From Octopus sinensis (taxonomy: Eukaryota): a stretch of 64,000 bases of DNA. The notes below the pieces were generated by a model. The model had not been told where the DNA came from, ran no database searches, and saw only the letters and a program-made list of their open reading frames with translations. Where the stretch lies: contig NC_043004.1 of assembly GCF_006345805.1 (NCBI RefSeq), positions 45,074,001-45,138,000 of the forward strand. Direction: 5' to 3'. Each line of letters starts with the position of its first letter. The stretch's first letter is position 1. Below, piece by piece: positions 37,955 to 50,922 of this stretch. The position numbers were made by a program, and so were the translations under genes.

Positions 37955-39054
37955 AATAATAACAATAATAATAATAATGGCACAGCGCTGTGCACTGTGC
38001 CATTATTTTTATTGTTATTATTTTGGAGGAGGAGTATGATAAAATAAGTTCAACGTTAAAATACTCTCACCTTCAAGTTTTTAACTAAGAATCTAGAGAT
38101 AGAAAACTATACAATTCCAAGCATTCTGGTATTGAAGATGATGATTTGTGGGAGAGGTTTGATGAAAAGTTCTGTTATTAGCTATCTAACTTTTGGTTCA
38201 CTCTGCATATGTGTATGTACGAAATTTCATCTTTCATCAACATTGAGTTGTTTCTCATTTTTATTCTTCATTCTGTTTTGTTTACCTACATACATTCTTT
38301 CTCCACTCTATTTTGCTATTTCATGATTCTTCACTCCCTTTTCTCTATAATTTATAATCTCCATATGTGGGGGATTGCTGCAATTTTTGGTAATTTCTTG
38401 AACTAGAACTGTTGCATACCTGCTCCCCTCTCTCACATTAGCTTCTTATAACAAGACAGTATACCTTTAACAAACACTTTATTTTCATTCAGCTATTGCA
38501 TAAAGAAAATTCATCTCTTTTGTCAACATGTATTGCTTCTTGCTTTTAAAATATCATTAATCTATTTTGTTTACTTTATTTCAAATTCATTCTATTTTAT
38601 AATTCAGCCATTCTGTTTTGTTTTTCACTTTTTGTTATTTCATGATATTCTATGATTTCCTATAATGTTATCCTTTAAAATCTCATTAATCTATTTTGTT
38701 TACCTACCTCATCATCTATGCAAACTCCCTTTTCTCTTATAAGCCATTTAGATTTTCCTATTTCACAATTCCTTTGATTTTGTTTAAATCTAATGATCTT
38801 ATCAAATATTTAGCTTGAAGTCAAGGTTAACACACTGCAATCTATTGCTGCCACCTATAAATCTTGCCTACTCTGAAAAATATTCCAATGGTACTGAGTA
38901 ACTGACAAATGATCTACCTACATAACTCTTCAAGTTACCCAGTCCAATTACCAAATAACAAGAAAATACCTGTTTCCTTTAGTTACAAGCAAAGGAGCTG
39001 ATGAGGATGTTCAGCCAAATAATGAGAAACATCAATGGAATTGATGTAAAAACT

Positions 39055-39245
39055 GGTTTAATGTTCACTTTTCCATGCTTGCATGGGTCACACAGATTTT
39101 GCCAAGGCAGATTTTCTACTGCTGCATGTGCTTCCTGTCGCCAACCCTCACCTATTTCTGTACAGGATGATATTTCCCCATGACCAGACATATTTTCATG
39201 GCAGATTGGAAATAAATGACACCACTTTTACGGTGGTTTTTATTT
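39055..39245 (-). mobile_element. Older RTE-related 3'-end family
   Basis: CACTTTTCCATGCTTGCATGG..GGCAGATTTTCT..TTCCTGTCGCCAACCCTCACC; related copies at ~9010-9180, 28790-28925, 49695-49915 and 51448-51700. Confidence 0.65.
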
Positions 39246-39354
39246 ACCATTATCATACAATGTCAGGCAGGGAAACAAGCACACTCACACAACACACATG
39301 CATACACACAACATACGCATGCAGACACATGCATATGTGTACACACACACACAC

Positions 39355-39510
39355 AGTTGGCTTCTAGTTTTTGTTTATCAGATCCACTCACAAGGCTTTG
39401 ATTGTCTTGAGACTATAGTGGAAAACATTTGCCCAACATACAGTGCAGTGGGAGGACTGAACTGAAAACCATTTGACTGAAAAGCAAACTTTCTCACCCT
39501 ACAATCATAC
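39355..39510 (-). mobile_element. SINE family A 5' half
   Basis: Reverse-complement head. Confidence 0.6.
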
Positions 39511-39729
39511 CTATTGAAAACAAACAGTTTCTCATTCATGCATAAGGAAGACTGTATGATGCATGTGTAAAGGAATGTCTTGTAGTATGTATAGTGGTCC
39601 ATCACCATATTGCAGTTCACCTATCACGGTTTATTATTTAAGCTTATGTAGAGTCCTCCGTGGTGTTGTTCTGCATTTATGATAAATTAAATATGTACAA
39701 ATTATAAAAATATTAAAAAAATATATTCA

Positions 39730-40126
39730 GTAGGCGCAGGAGTGGCTGTGTGGTAAGTAGCTTGCTAACCAACCACATGGTTCCAGGTTCAGTCCCACTG
39801 CGTGGCATCTTGGGCAAGTGTTTCTGCTATAGCCCCGGGCCGACCAATGCCTTGTGAGTGGATTTGGTAGACGGAAACTGAAAGAAGCCTGTCGTATATA
39901 TATGTATGTGTGCGTGTCTGTGTTTGTTCCCCTAGCATTGCTTGACAACCGATGTTGGTGTGTTTATGTCCCTGTAACTTAGCGGTTCGGCAAAAGAGAC
40001 CAATAGAATAAGTACTGGGCTTTCAAAAAGAATAAGTCCCAGGGTCGAGTTGCTCGATTAAAGGCGGTGCTTCAGCATGGCCACAGTCAAATGACAGAAA
40101 CAAGTAAAAGAGAGTAAAAGAGTAAA
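39730..40126 (+). mobile_element. SINE family A, full length, young
   Basis: Very similar to 2656-3068. Confidence 0.88.
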
Positions 40127-41795
40127 GTCCTGTTTTTACTTCGCAGATTTACACCTATTGCAGGGTGTTTTGGAACATAACACCCACAGTAGTCAAGGGA
40201 TTACTGTATTTACGTATGTCTGTATGTGTGTATATGTGTGTGTGTGTCTGTGTGTGTGTGTGTGGTGTGTGTGTGTGTACCTACCTATATATAAAGGTAT
40301 TGCTGTGTGGGTAGGAAGTGCAGTTTGGAACTGTGTGGTTTTTGTGCTTGTTTTCATTGCGTGGTCACAGCTGGCTGATGTCTTCTACTGTAATTGTGGG
40401 TTGACCAATGTCTTGGGGATGAAATATAGTTGACAGAAATTAGAAGTCGCCCATCATGTGCATAGGTGTGCACATGTGTGCATGTGCATGGATGAGTTTG
40501 TATTCCCCTTGTCTTGACTTGTGCACACTCTCTGCTTACAAAAGTCATTGTTCATACAAACAGTGTCATTTGTTTATATTCCTTTATGAAATCATAGTGG
40601 AGGCGTGTACACACACATGCACACTCACACACAATTTATTTCATATTGGAATGTGCTGAACAGATATTTACTTAAGGTAGTACTTTACGTCCATCCAGGC
40701 ATCCTTCTTGTTGCCTTATTTTATTTTTTCCTCTAATCAGAAATTTTTAATTTTATCTCTCTGGACTTTGAAAGTGCAGAATAACAGGAAATGCAAGCGT
40801 GACATCACTGTTTTGCTGTTCAGATCAACTTGTGAAAATTCAGAAACGTCAGCATTCATGCATGAATCCCATTCCACCCCACTCATGCATGGGGGTCTGC
40901 CAGAAGCCAATAAGGCTTATTAGGTTGGACTTTATCTCAATTTCTGTGATGTGTAAGCAAACAAGGTTACAACACTCCTCTTTAAAAGAATGCTAATCTG
41001 TCAAAAGTCTAGTTCTTAACTGTTACCTGTCATTTTCAGCAATGTGCCCTTCCCAGGTTGGGGAACAAAACTGCAACTTTACAACCTTGAGTGTAGTGCC
41101 CTAAACATTGAACTGCACACTGTCACTGTGCTCAAACATGTGCACACACACACATACATACGCACACGCACACACACACACGCAAACACACACGATGGGT
41201 TTGCGTACGGGTAGTTTCCTTCTACTGGTTCCATTCACAAAGCATTACTCAGCCTCACGCTATAATAGAAGTCACTTATCCAAGGTGACATGCAGTAGGA
41301 TTGAACCTGAAACTGCATGGTTATAAAGCAAATACTGTATCTATGTAGTTAATCCATGAGGATTTATAGTCAGGCACCCGACTCTTTATTCTTCTGTAGT
41401 TTTAAAATGTGAGAGATAATTCTCTCTCTGTTTGCATAAAAACATTACACACGTGAATATACATGTATTTATATAACTTGCTATTTGTGTGTGTGTGTGT
41501 ATATAATTTATTAAAAATGAATCTGAATTATTTCTACTGTGTGTATAACATTTTTATTTTTTATATTCTGTAAACATATGACATTTCTCTGTGGGAAAAT
41601 TGTATGTTTCTATAAACATATTTATGTTTCTTTTGAAATAATGGATGAGAGGAATATGAGCTTTATGTGATTATGTATTTCTACTCATAATATTGTACCC
41701 ATATATATAAATATATGTATGTATACCTACATAACTACGCAAATGCTTGTATAGCATGAACACACATTTACATTCACAGATATTATTATCCTTAT

Positions 41796-41835
<40 letters not shown>

Positions 41836-42216
41836 ATATATCAGTATATATTATGCTTATGCACAATGTGGTTAAATGAAGAATTATTTTTTTTTAAAGA
41901 AATAAAGAAAGCAGTTAGACAGAAGAGATTTTGATAAATTGTAGATGATTCTTGCAAAGACTGTAATTAAGGGACCTTTCACATCAAGATGTGTTTTGCT
42001 TCCATCTCCCTGAGACAATCTGGTGCCAGTGCTAACCTTAAGATAGCTGAAAAACAAACTCTCTTGCTATTTGTTTATTGCTATAAAGAGTACTCTGAAT
42101 ATTTTGCATTTAATCTAAAAGCAACACCCCATATCCCAATTTCATTTTTCTGTAAACATTAAACAGTTAAAATTTGTCAAGTGTTATCCTTTAGAAAATA
42201 GCAATAATATAAGAAA

Positions 42217-42274
<58 letters not shown>

Positions 42275-42377
42275 TATTATTATTATTATTATTATTATTG
42301 TTGTTGTTGTTGTTGTTATTACTGTCATTGTTATTGTCATCGTTGTTAATATTGCTAATACTATATTCCTTGGGCTG

Positions 42378-42590
42378 TAAGCTGGCAGAATCATTTGTGT
42401 GTTGGACAAAATGCTTTGTAGCATTTCTTCCAGCTCTTTATGCCATGAATTCAAATTCCACTGAGATTGACTTTGTCTTTCATCCTTATGGAGTCCATAA
42501 AATGTGTACCAATCAAGTACTGGGGTCAGTGTTATTGCCTAAACCCCTCTCCCCAAATTTCAGGCCTTGTGCTTACAGTAGAAAGAATAA
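42378..42590 (+). mobile_element. SINE family B
   Basis: AAGCTGGCAGAATC..AATTCAAATTCCACTGAGATTGACTTTG. Confidence 0.7.
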
Positions 42591-42607
42591 TTATCAGCTG
42601 AATCCAT

Positions 42608-43160
42608 AGTGAGAATTTCCCCGCCGACCTCCTTTAACCGGGAGGGCAAGGCAGTTTTCCTTTGCCTAGTGGCTGTAGCGAAAGAAGTGATATGGTGGAC
42701 CCGCTTGAAAGGGCTAAGGTCAGACACTTTCCTCTTTGGCAAAGGCCTCATCAACTTTTTCAAGTTTCACTTGAAAAGGAAGATGAGAGTAGAGAGGGAA
42801 GTGATGTCTGGTAGCAAGTTTATTGAAAGGTGGGTGAATGTCACAAGAATGGCCAGTATGAACGGACCAATTCTGAGGATACACCTGTGAGAATTAAAAG
42901 GAAATATAAAAGGAGAAAGGGGCTCCCTACCCTGCTTTTGACCAGGCTCCCTTGGCTTTTATGGGTTTTTCCACGAGTAACCTTTCAAAGCGCCTCCCCC
43001 TATTGGGAGTTTTAATTGTTACTTACATTTCATTGTTATCCTGCTTTTGTGCACGGACTTTTTCAAACAGACAAAACCCTTTGTAACTTTCGTCTTGTGT
43101 TTTGTCCCTTTATGTTTTAATTGATTTTTGTTAGCTCTTGTGGCCAATAAACGAATGAAT
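42608..43160 (+). mobile_element. Tx1/L1-clade LINE 3' end (ORF2 C-terminus, 3' UTR, AATAAA)
   Basis: Uninterrupted ORF 42609-42890 (FLCLVAVAKEVIWWTRLKG..FFKFHLKRKMRVERE..FIERW) resembles Tx1 ORF2 C-termini; AATAAA at 43146. Confidence 0.7.
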
Positions 43161-43193
43161 TATTATCATTATTATTATTATTATTATTATTAT

Positions 43194-43531
43194 TGAGTGA
43201 GAGAGCAGTGCATGCCATCAAAGTGACACTGGGGTAAAATACACAAAGCCCAGCATACCCATCATGACTACCTGTCTGATAAGGGTACACTAGGCACATG
43301 CATTACAACCATATGTGCGTGGCATGGTAATCTCATATCAATATAAATAGCGCATGACCTTGCAGGTGGGGCCTACTTAGAATGTTCTTCTGGTCGAGTA
43401 ACCCATCCCACTCAAAAGGTCCCTGAATAAGGGTTGTTTAAAGATGTTGAACGAAACACCCATGCTTCCAGCGGTGAAATATTCAAACCCCAAAGAATTC
43501 CTCTCAACACATGGCTATGATGCTCCCCCAC
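43194..43531 (-). mobile_element. (AAT)n-tailed retroelement 3' segment, copy 3
   Basis: Homologous to 140-691 and 1041-1604; (TTA)n on both sides. Confidence 0.78.
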
Positions 43532-43572
<41 letters not shown>

Positions 43573-43849
43573 GTTATTATTATTAACCTACTTAAAAGGA
43601 AACACAGACACCACAATGGCAGATTTTGTCATACCCACACACAACACACCACCAGCACACATACTCAGTTTTAGAATAACTCGTGGGAACTATAAGGTAA
43701 TAAAGAACAAATATCCATGTGATGTTGGGTTGCTTGGGAAAAGTTTCTCGAAAAATCTTTACAAGAATCTGGTGGAAATACTGATACAAAAGCATAAGTG
43801 AGCCACCCCACCAGACAACAGTGGGATTGATGGTATTAAGTAACCACTA

Positions 43850-44000
43850 CTTGCATTCTGTCTAAGTTGGAAATGACCACTGAGCTCAAATTTGCCTTTC
43901 ATTCTTCCAGGGTCAAGTACTTACCTGTCAAGTACTGGGGTTGATATTATCAACAAACTCCTTCCCTGAAAATTTTAGGACTTGTGCGCATAGTAGAAAG
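43850..44000 (+). mobile_element. SINE family B, degenerate
   Basis: TTTGCCTTTCATTCTTCCAGGGTC..AAGTACTGGGGTTGAT. Confidence 0.55.
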
Positions 44001-44431
44001 GATTAATGTTATCATGATTAGGGTAGTAAAACTGCAGAATTTTTAGTGCATTGTGTAATGTCTTGTGGTACTGGATTTAGCTCTTGACATTCTTCAGTTG
44101 TCGTGAGAATACTGTATTTGGAGTAATAAAAATAAAACAAAATAGATGTGATTGCCATGGCTAGAATGATATCGATCATAGGTGTTGTTGATTATAGCTG
44201 CTCTTGGATTAAATAGTAACAACAACAAAAGCAAGCTTAGCTATTTATGTGTCATTTGCTAATCATGGTATTCATGAAAGGGTGATTACCAGTATTGGTT
44301 AATGATTAAGGAATTACAATTTCTTAAAGGAAAGTATCAAAGTTAGCGAAATTGCTTCAACTAAGAATTGAACATGGGTGGCTGATTTTCATTGATTGCA
44401 AGCATATCTCCACAGGTCTGTTAAGTACTAT

Positions 44432-44514
44432 GCTAGTATATTTTATATATATATATACATACATATATATATATATGTATGTATGTATATATATATATAT
44501 ATATATATACATAC

Positions 44515-44545
<31 letters not shown>

Positions 44546-44664
44546 CATACATACATTTATATACATATATATATATACATACATACATTTATATATATAT
44601 ATATATATGTAATATATATATTATATTTAATATATATATTATATTTAATATATATATATATATG

Positions 44665-44717
<53 letters not shown>

Positions 44718-44740
44718 TTATGTATATGTATATATATATG
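44432..44740. repeat. Long (TA)/(TACA) microsatellite
   Basis: Direct reading. Confidence 0.95.
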
Positions 44741-44930
44741 CAGGTGGCACGTAAAAAACACCCACTACACTCGCGGAGTGGTTGGCGTTAGGAAGGGCAT
44801 CCAGCCGTAGAAACACTGCCAGATCTGACTGGGCCTGACGAAGCCTTCCAGCTTCACAGACCCCAGTTGACCCGTCCAACCCATGCTAGCATGGAAAACG
44901 GACGCTAAACGATGATGATGATGATGATGA
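44740..44930 (+). mobile_element. RTE LINE 3' end (short, inserted in (TA)n)
   Basis: Core plus CGGACGCTAAACGATGATGAT tail. Confidence 0.82.
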
Positions 44931-45437
44931 TATATATATATATATATATGAACATATTTGATGCAATGAAAAGACAAACGCTATGTGTCACTGACTAATT
45001 AACAAACCCACTCAAGTAATAAATCTGGATATATTTCAGCTGTATTAAACCTATTTAGCTAAGCATAAACTACCCTCTACTTGATAAAGCAGTGATGAGA
45101 CACACAATGTGCAAATGTATAATACATATTTGTAAGCATCGAAAAGTAGAAATATTCAGGAATCTTTTTGTTGTATGTTTGGACAGTACTCAGAATAGAA
45201 TAGACTAGAATGTAAATTCTAAAATAGAAATGTATTTATTTTTCTATGTTGATACAAGCCTCAGTGTTTTAGCTGCAAACATCAAAGTATGAGGGGAGTC
45301 TTTTTTTTTTCTTTCTTTCTTTTACTCCAATGCCTATTGCAAGACTGGAAACCATAGTCTTTTTTTAAAAAATTCTTCAACAAGCTCTAAAATAGACCTC
45401 AACTACGAATTCTGTTGTTACACAAATCCAGAAATAG

Positions 45438-45468
<31 letters not shown>

Positions 45469-46446
45469 TTTTCCGTCCCTTTAATCCAGTGTATGTGTGT
45501 GTGTACATGTATTACACACACACACACACACATCTATTCACACACATCATAACAAGAACAGTATTTCTGGCAGTGGTTTGTGTACTGTGTTCAAATGTGG
45601 GTTGAGGTTGTGGGCATGGGGGTCCCAATAGAATATTTCCAATTAATCAATGTCCAATCCGCTGTTATCTTACTGCCCATATCTCTATTACTCATTCTCT
45701 CTTGTTTTCCTCTCTCCTCATTAGTTGTGGATTCCCTCCTCCCCATTGTCTCTCTCTTATTTGCATTCTGCCCTCAGTCTTTCTCTTTCTAAGCTGACAT
45801 CTGTCTATTTGTCTGTCCTTCTCTAACCTCCCTCACACACACACACACACACACACACTGGCTGTTTTCTGCCTTCTTTCATTCCTCCCCCCCTCTCTCT
45901 CTCTTTCTCTTCCTCTCCATCTCTACTGAGGGAAGTAGAGGCTCTCATTCTATCACTTCTAATCTTTTTTTCTCCAGTTTATAGGAAATGAGCACATCTA
46001 GTTTTCTGAGTTATACTTCCAAATTCAGATACTGATTTGACTTTCTATTATTACTGTGATAATGCTAGTGCATTGGAAAAATCATTAGAACTTTAGACAA
46101 AATATCTTGAGGTATTTCTTCCTTACATTAAGTTCCAAGTTCAAATTTAACTGAGGTCAACTTTTACTTTTCCTTCCTCTGAGGTCGATAATGTGCAAGT
46201 CCTGTAGTGTTGACAAAAACATTGAGTAACACGATTTTCCTTTCATTCTTGTGGGGTTGATAATGAACCAGGCTATGATAGCCAATTGGAGAAATTACTA
46301 ATATGTGGAATAAGATACTTTGTGGCATGTGCTCCAGCTCTTTGTGTACTGAGTTTAAACTTTACCTTGGAGCCTAAAAAGCCCACCCACCAATCCAGTA
46401 TAGTATGTAAGACAAATCTTCAAAACATGCCAACACCATACAGATG

Positions 46447-46737
46447 TTTGTTCCTTCTCAAGCCACGCCTGGCTCATAAGGGCCGGTTTCCCGGTTTCCT
46501 TGGCGTATAGGTTCCCCACCTAGACAGAACGCCGGTCCATCGTAGGTGAGCTGCAAGATGCAGGAGGAAAGAGTGAGAGAAAGTTGTGGAGAAAGAGTCA
46601 GCAGAAGTTCGCCAATACCTTCTGCCGGATCCGCGTGGAGCTTAGGTGTTTCGCTCATAAACACACACATCACCTGGTCTGAGATTCGAACCCACAATCC
46701 CTCGAGTTCGCTGCTCTTACCACTAAGCTATGTGCCT
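46447..46737 (-). mobile_element. Young tRNA-derived CORE-type SINE with 17-bp TSD
   Basis: TSD CCAACACCATACAGATG at 46430-46446 and 46738-46754; A box TAGCTTAGTGG; B box GGTTCGAATC; GAAGGAACAAA tail. Confidence 0.9.
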
Positions 46738-47807
46738 CCAACACCATACAGATGCTGCTGGATCAAGTCAAAAAGTTCATATGTATATGTGTGTTGGGGG
46801 TGGAGTCTTCCAGCTGGATCAACAGGTAACCTGATAATCATTCTAGACATATGAATTTATATGATACTAGAAAATAAAAAGTAACTAACTAAGCAAATTT
46901 TGTAATTCCCTTCAGGTACTTTGTTTCTCTTTTCTCTTTCAATATGTGGTTATTGTTATTTAACCCCATGTTAGCCTGTATACATACAATCAAATTATTA
47001 AATGCTTATTGTATGTTTATGACAATGTTATCCACTATGCTCTTTCATAGCTGGGTATGGTTTGAGGGAAATTTGGTTGCTACATTTAGCAGGCTGAACA
47101 AGTATAAGCAATATGCAAAAGTTTCCTTGCTCAATCAAGTTGAGCTTTCCTTATTGGCTCACCACTGGCTTTTTTTTACGAATGGGCTTCTTTTTTAGTG
47201 AAGGACTGTAATGGCTTTTACTATTAGTTCATTTGTGTGCCTGTTATAAAAAAAAAAAAGAAATTAAGACAGGTCCTGAAGAGCAATCAAAGAAGATCAA
47301 TGGTTCCTATGTTATTGCTGGAATGGTGTAATGGCAAGCAAGGATCAAGAAACTTTGTTCTCTATCATGAAGACCACTCAACTGTGAAGCAGGTACTGTC
47401 AGTGTGGTTACAGTTCATTACCCCAAACTATAGCTACATTGTAGAAATAATACATTGGCTTGCACTTCTGAAACTGTTAATCTTGGGGTGAGGTGTGGAA
47501 TTGAGATTTATCTTTCATCTGATTATCACTGCAGAAACTTGCCACTAGGATGGATCCATATGACAATACACAGATCCATGAACTAAACATAGCTCTTGTT
47601 AGCTGGCACCTGCTTGACAGTCAGCCATGGAAGGACTCACACAGAAGTGGCTTTCTATTAGGCCAAAGCATGATGTATCTTGCAAGTGTGCTCAATCTGT
47701 GGAACGCTCCCCTGTGCATTTAATTGGTCACCTCCGTGCCAAAGGTTTGCTTACTTGAGTAATTTCCTGCAGCTACTTCAAATGTAACTTCCAGAAATAC
47801 AAATCAT

Positions 47808-47843
<36 letters not shown>

Positions 47844-48989
47844 TGCAAGAGTCACTTCCTAGAATACATAAATAACAACAACTACAGTATTAAGGGTAAT
47901 AATTTTCATCATTGCCATCGTCAACACCATGGCCTTCATCACACTATCACCATCATAGTTATTAGCATAGTCATCATAAACATTTTAATATCGCTTATCT
48001 GTACCATATTCACAATCACCACCAATATAATAACTACCGTTACTATCATCATCATTAGCATGACCCTTGGTATTTTAATAACCAGCTATCAAAAGTAGAA
48101 TCATCATCATCATCGTCTTTGCTTTTATAAAAGCGAAAATTAATTTTCTCTGTCTATTGTCTGTGGTACAACCTGCTAGCAATAGAAAGGTGCACTTTTA
48201 CAGTTGTTTTTTTGTACAAAAATAGTTTCTTCATGTATGTAAAGCTAATTTCACATTTGTATTGCACATTCAGATAACCTTGTTTCATCTGTGGGACAGC
48301 AAATGGGTGGGGGTAAAAAGAGGGACAGAAAGAGAGAGGGAGAGGGAGAGAGAATGGGAGAGATAGAGAAAGAAAAAATATGGAGATAGATTTGTTTGGG
48401 ACGTAGAGATTAAAAGTGGTAGAGATAGAGTTCAGAGTAAAGGTGAAGACTATGAATGTGATGGCTTATGAAAGAAAGGAGAGTGAAATATGTTGAGAGA
48501 GAGAGAGAGTAATGAACAGAAAGAAAGAGTAATAGAGAGAGAGTGAGAGAGAGCAATGAGGATTAGTGTAAGTTGAAGGAATAAAGGAGGCAAAGTGGGA
48601 GAGAGAATGTAGGATGGAGAAAGAGCAGTTTTAAGGTATATGAATATTGAAGGTAGAGTAAGAGGTATATTGGGTATTGTATGTGTGTGTGTGTGTTGGT
48701 AGGGTGGAAGTAAAGGAAGGAGAGCCTGAAATTTATATGTAACCTTGTTGCATTGTGACTGTAGAAGATGGAGATAAAGAACAGGAATTTTGCTGTTAGA
48801 CTGAACATATAATAATAATCACAACCATTGTTAATATTAATAGATATATTTATTGCTCTTGTTTTGTTGTTGTTATTCTTTGTGTAGTTGTTTTTGGAAC
48901 TTTTTTTTTAACATATAAATAGTTTTGACAGTGTTGTTGTTGTCCTCTATTTTTTTTTCTGTGTTGTTGTTGCTGTTGTTGTTATGATG

Positions 48990-49625
48990 TTGTCTCCCTT
49001 GTTAGCTCTTTAAAGAGGTTGTTGTTTGCCTTGAATAGACACGGTATACATGGTAGTGAACATTATAGATTGCTTATGCGTTCATTGGAGAATGTTATAA
49101 GCTGATTTAGGACAGATGCCGTTGTTAGCCAGAGCAAAAGTAGTTTTAATATGCTTGCTGCAGAGATTGTTCTGAATATAAGTTGCGGTTGAGGGAAGAG
49201 GCTTTTCGTTTTGGTAAAGCTGAAGTAATTGTACATTTTTGTTGAAGTAGAAAAAGTTCATTGGTAGAATGTTATAAGCGGGTTTGAGAAAGAAAAGAAA
49301 AAAAAAAAATTTGTCTTTGATGTATTATTTGGTTCTAAGAAAAAAGAAGCAAAAAAAAAAAAATACTGAATTCTGAGGAGTCTGTTGGAAGCTGATTAAA
49401 CAAGTCTCTTCTAGTAAGCAAGATTAGATGTAGTATTGGTTTGGAATAGACAATGTTATGGATTCTGGTAAATATTGTTAGAAGTTGGTTGCCCAATTGA
49501 ATGTTGTTGCAAAGACTGGAAGTGAAGTAGTTGGGTTTTCTAGCGTAAGTGGAGTATCTTTATGAGGCTAGGGATATGATGCCACAAGGTGTTTGGAGCT
49601 GTTTCACTAACTTGATGTTTTAAGC
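48990..49625 (-). mobile_element. Degenerate Jockey/I-like LINE RT C-terminal fragment
   Basis: Minus strand resembles the K.LGII and LTRIHN..IL.LY motifs; many indels. Confidence 0.4.
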
Positions 49626-50324
49626 CAAACGAAGGAGTCTGTAAAGAAGGATCAATCCACTAAAAAAAAAGCAGTCAAGTTATACTCTTCAAGTTGCATC
49701 CCACTCATCATCATCATCATCATTTTTGTTTTCACATCAACTTTTTCATGCATGCTTAGATGGGTTAGATGAAATTTGTTGGGGCAGATTTTTTGTACGC
49801 CTGGATACTCTTCATGCCAACAACCCAACAACCTGTTACCCATTTCCAAGTGAGGTATATTTTCCTTTGTCCTTCAGTCATGAGCAGATTAGTGGACAGA
49901 TGTAATTTCACAGAAGATTTCAAATGAATGTTACCTTGTATGACTCAATTTTGTTGATAACTCTCATGTGCATTTGTTAAGACAAGGAAATATGCACCTA
50001 CATTCATGCTCACCTACATATCCATCCATCAATCCATCCACCTATTTTCCTATTTATCTGTCTGTCTAATGGGATTCTTACAGTTTCTATATTCCAAATC
50101 TGTTCTCAAAACCCTTCTGTATCTAAATAAAAAGCGGGGTTACATTAAGTCATAGACCTAGTTCTATACAACCTGTGAGATAAGATGGTACTACTTTGGC
50201 TAGAATGCATTTGATTTTACATTTTGTTTGTGAGGATTGGCCTTGGGCTAAATAATAACTTTGAATGTTTTTGGGGTCTGTGAAGGGATGAAGAACTTGG
50301 TTGAGCAATTTCATTTGACTGGGT

Positions 50325-50640
50325 ACCAGCACCGCCCTGACTGGCCTCCGTGCCGGTGACACGTAAAAACCACCATCCGATCATGGCCTTTGCCAGCCTC
50401 GTCTGGCCTCCATGCCGGTGGCACATAAGAGAACCATCCAATCATGGCCGTTTGCCAGCCTTGTCTGGCACGTAAAAAGCACCCACTACACTCTTGGAGT
50501 GGTTGGCGTTAGGAAGGGCATCCAGCCGTAGAAACATTGCCAAATCAGACTGGACCTGGTGCAGCCTTCTGGCTTCCCAGACCCCAGTTGAACCGTCCAA
50601 CCCATGCTAGCATGGAAAGTGGATGCTAAATGATGATAAT
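50325..50640 (+). mobile_element. RTE LINE 3' end
   Basis: Tandem units, core and GATGATAAT tail. Confidence 0.82.
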
Positions 50641-50726
50641 GGGTAAAGGTTAGTATTCTGGCAGGGGTTAACCATGTAATTTTACTGGTCACTTTGTTGC
50701 TGTTACATAAAATACAACACCAGTTT

Positions 50727-50922
50727 AACCCTTTTGATACCAACTTGCTTGCCAAAAACCGCTTTTGCTATGAATTTACTTTCTGTCAAAGCTTCATGTT
50801 AGTTTATGTTCTAATAATTTGTAATGGTAAAAGTTATTTTAGTAAATTCTTCTTTATTTTCAAAATTAGTTGAAATAAAAACAAATATATATTTCTGTTG
50901 AAATCCATGAAAGTAAGGATTG
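50727..50922. mobile_element. piggyBac-like MITE fragment
   Basis: TTAA|CCCTTTTGATACCAAC end; related to 63432-63660 and ~7930-8150. Confidence 0.5.

Noticed and set aside
46660-46737. tRNA-like sequence
   Set aside because: SINE head: no complete cloverleaf or acceptor stem, and it continues into a SINE body bounded by a TSD
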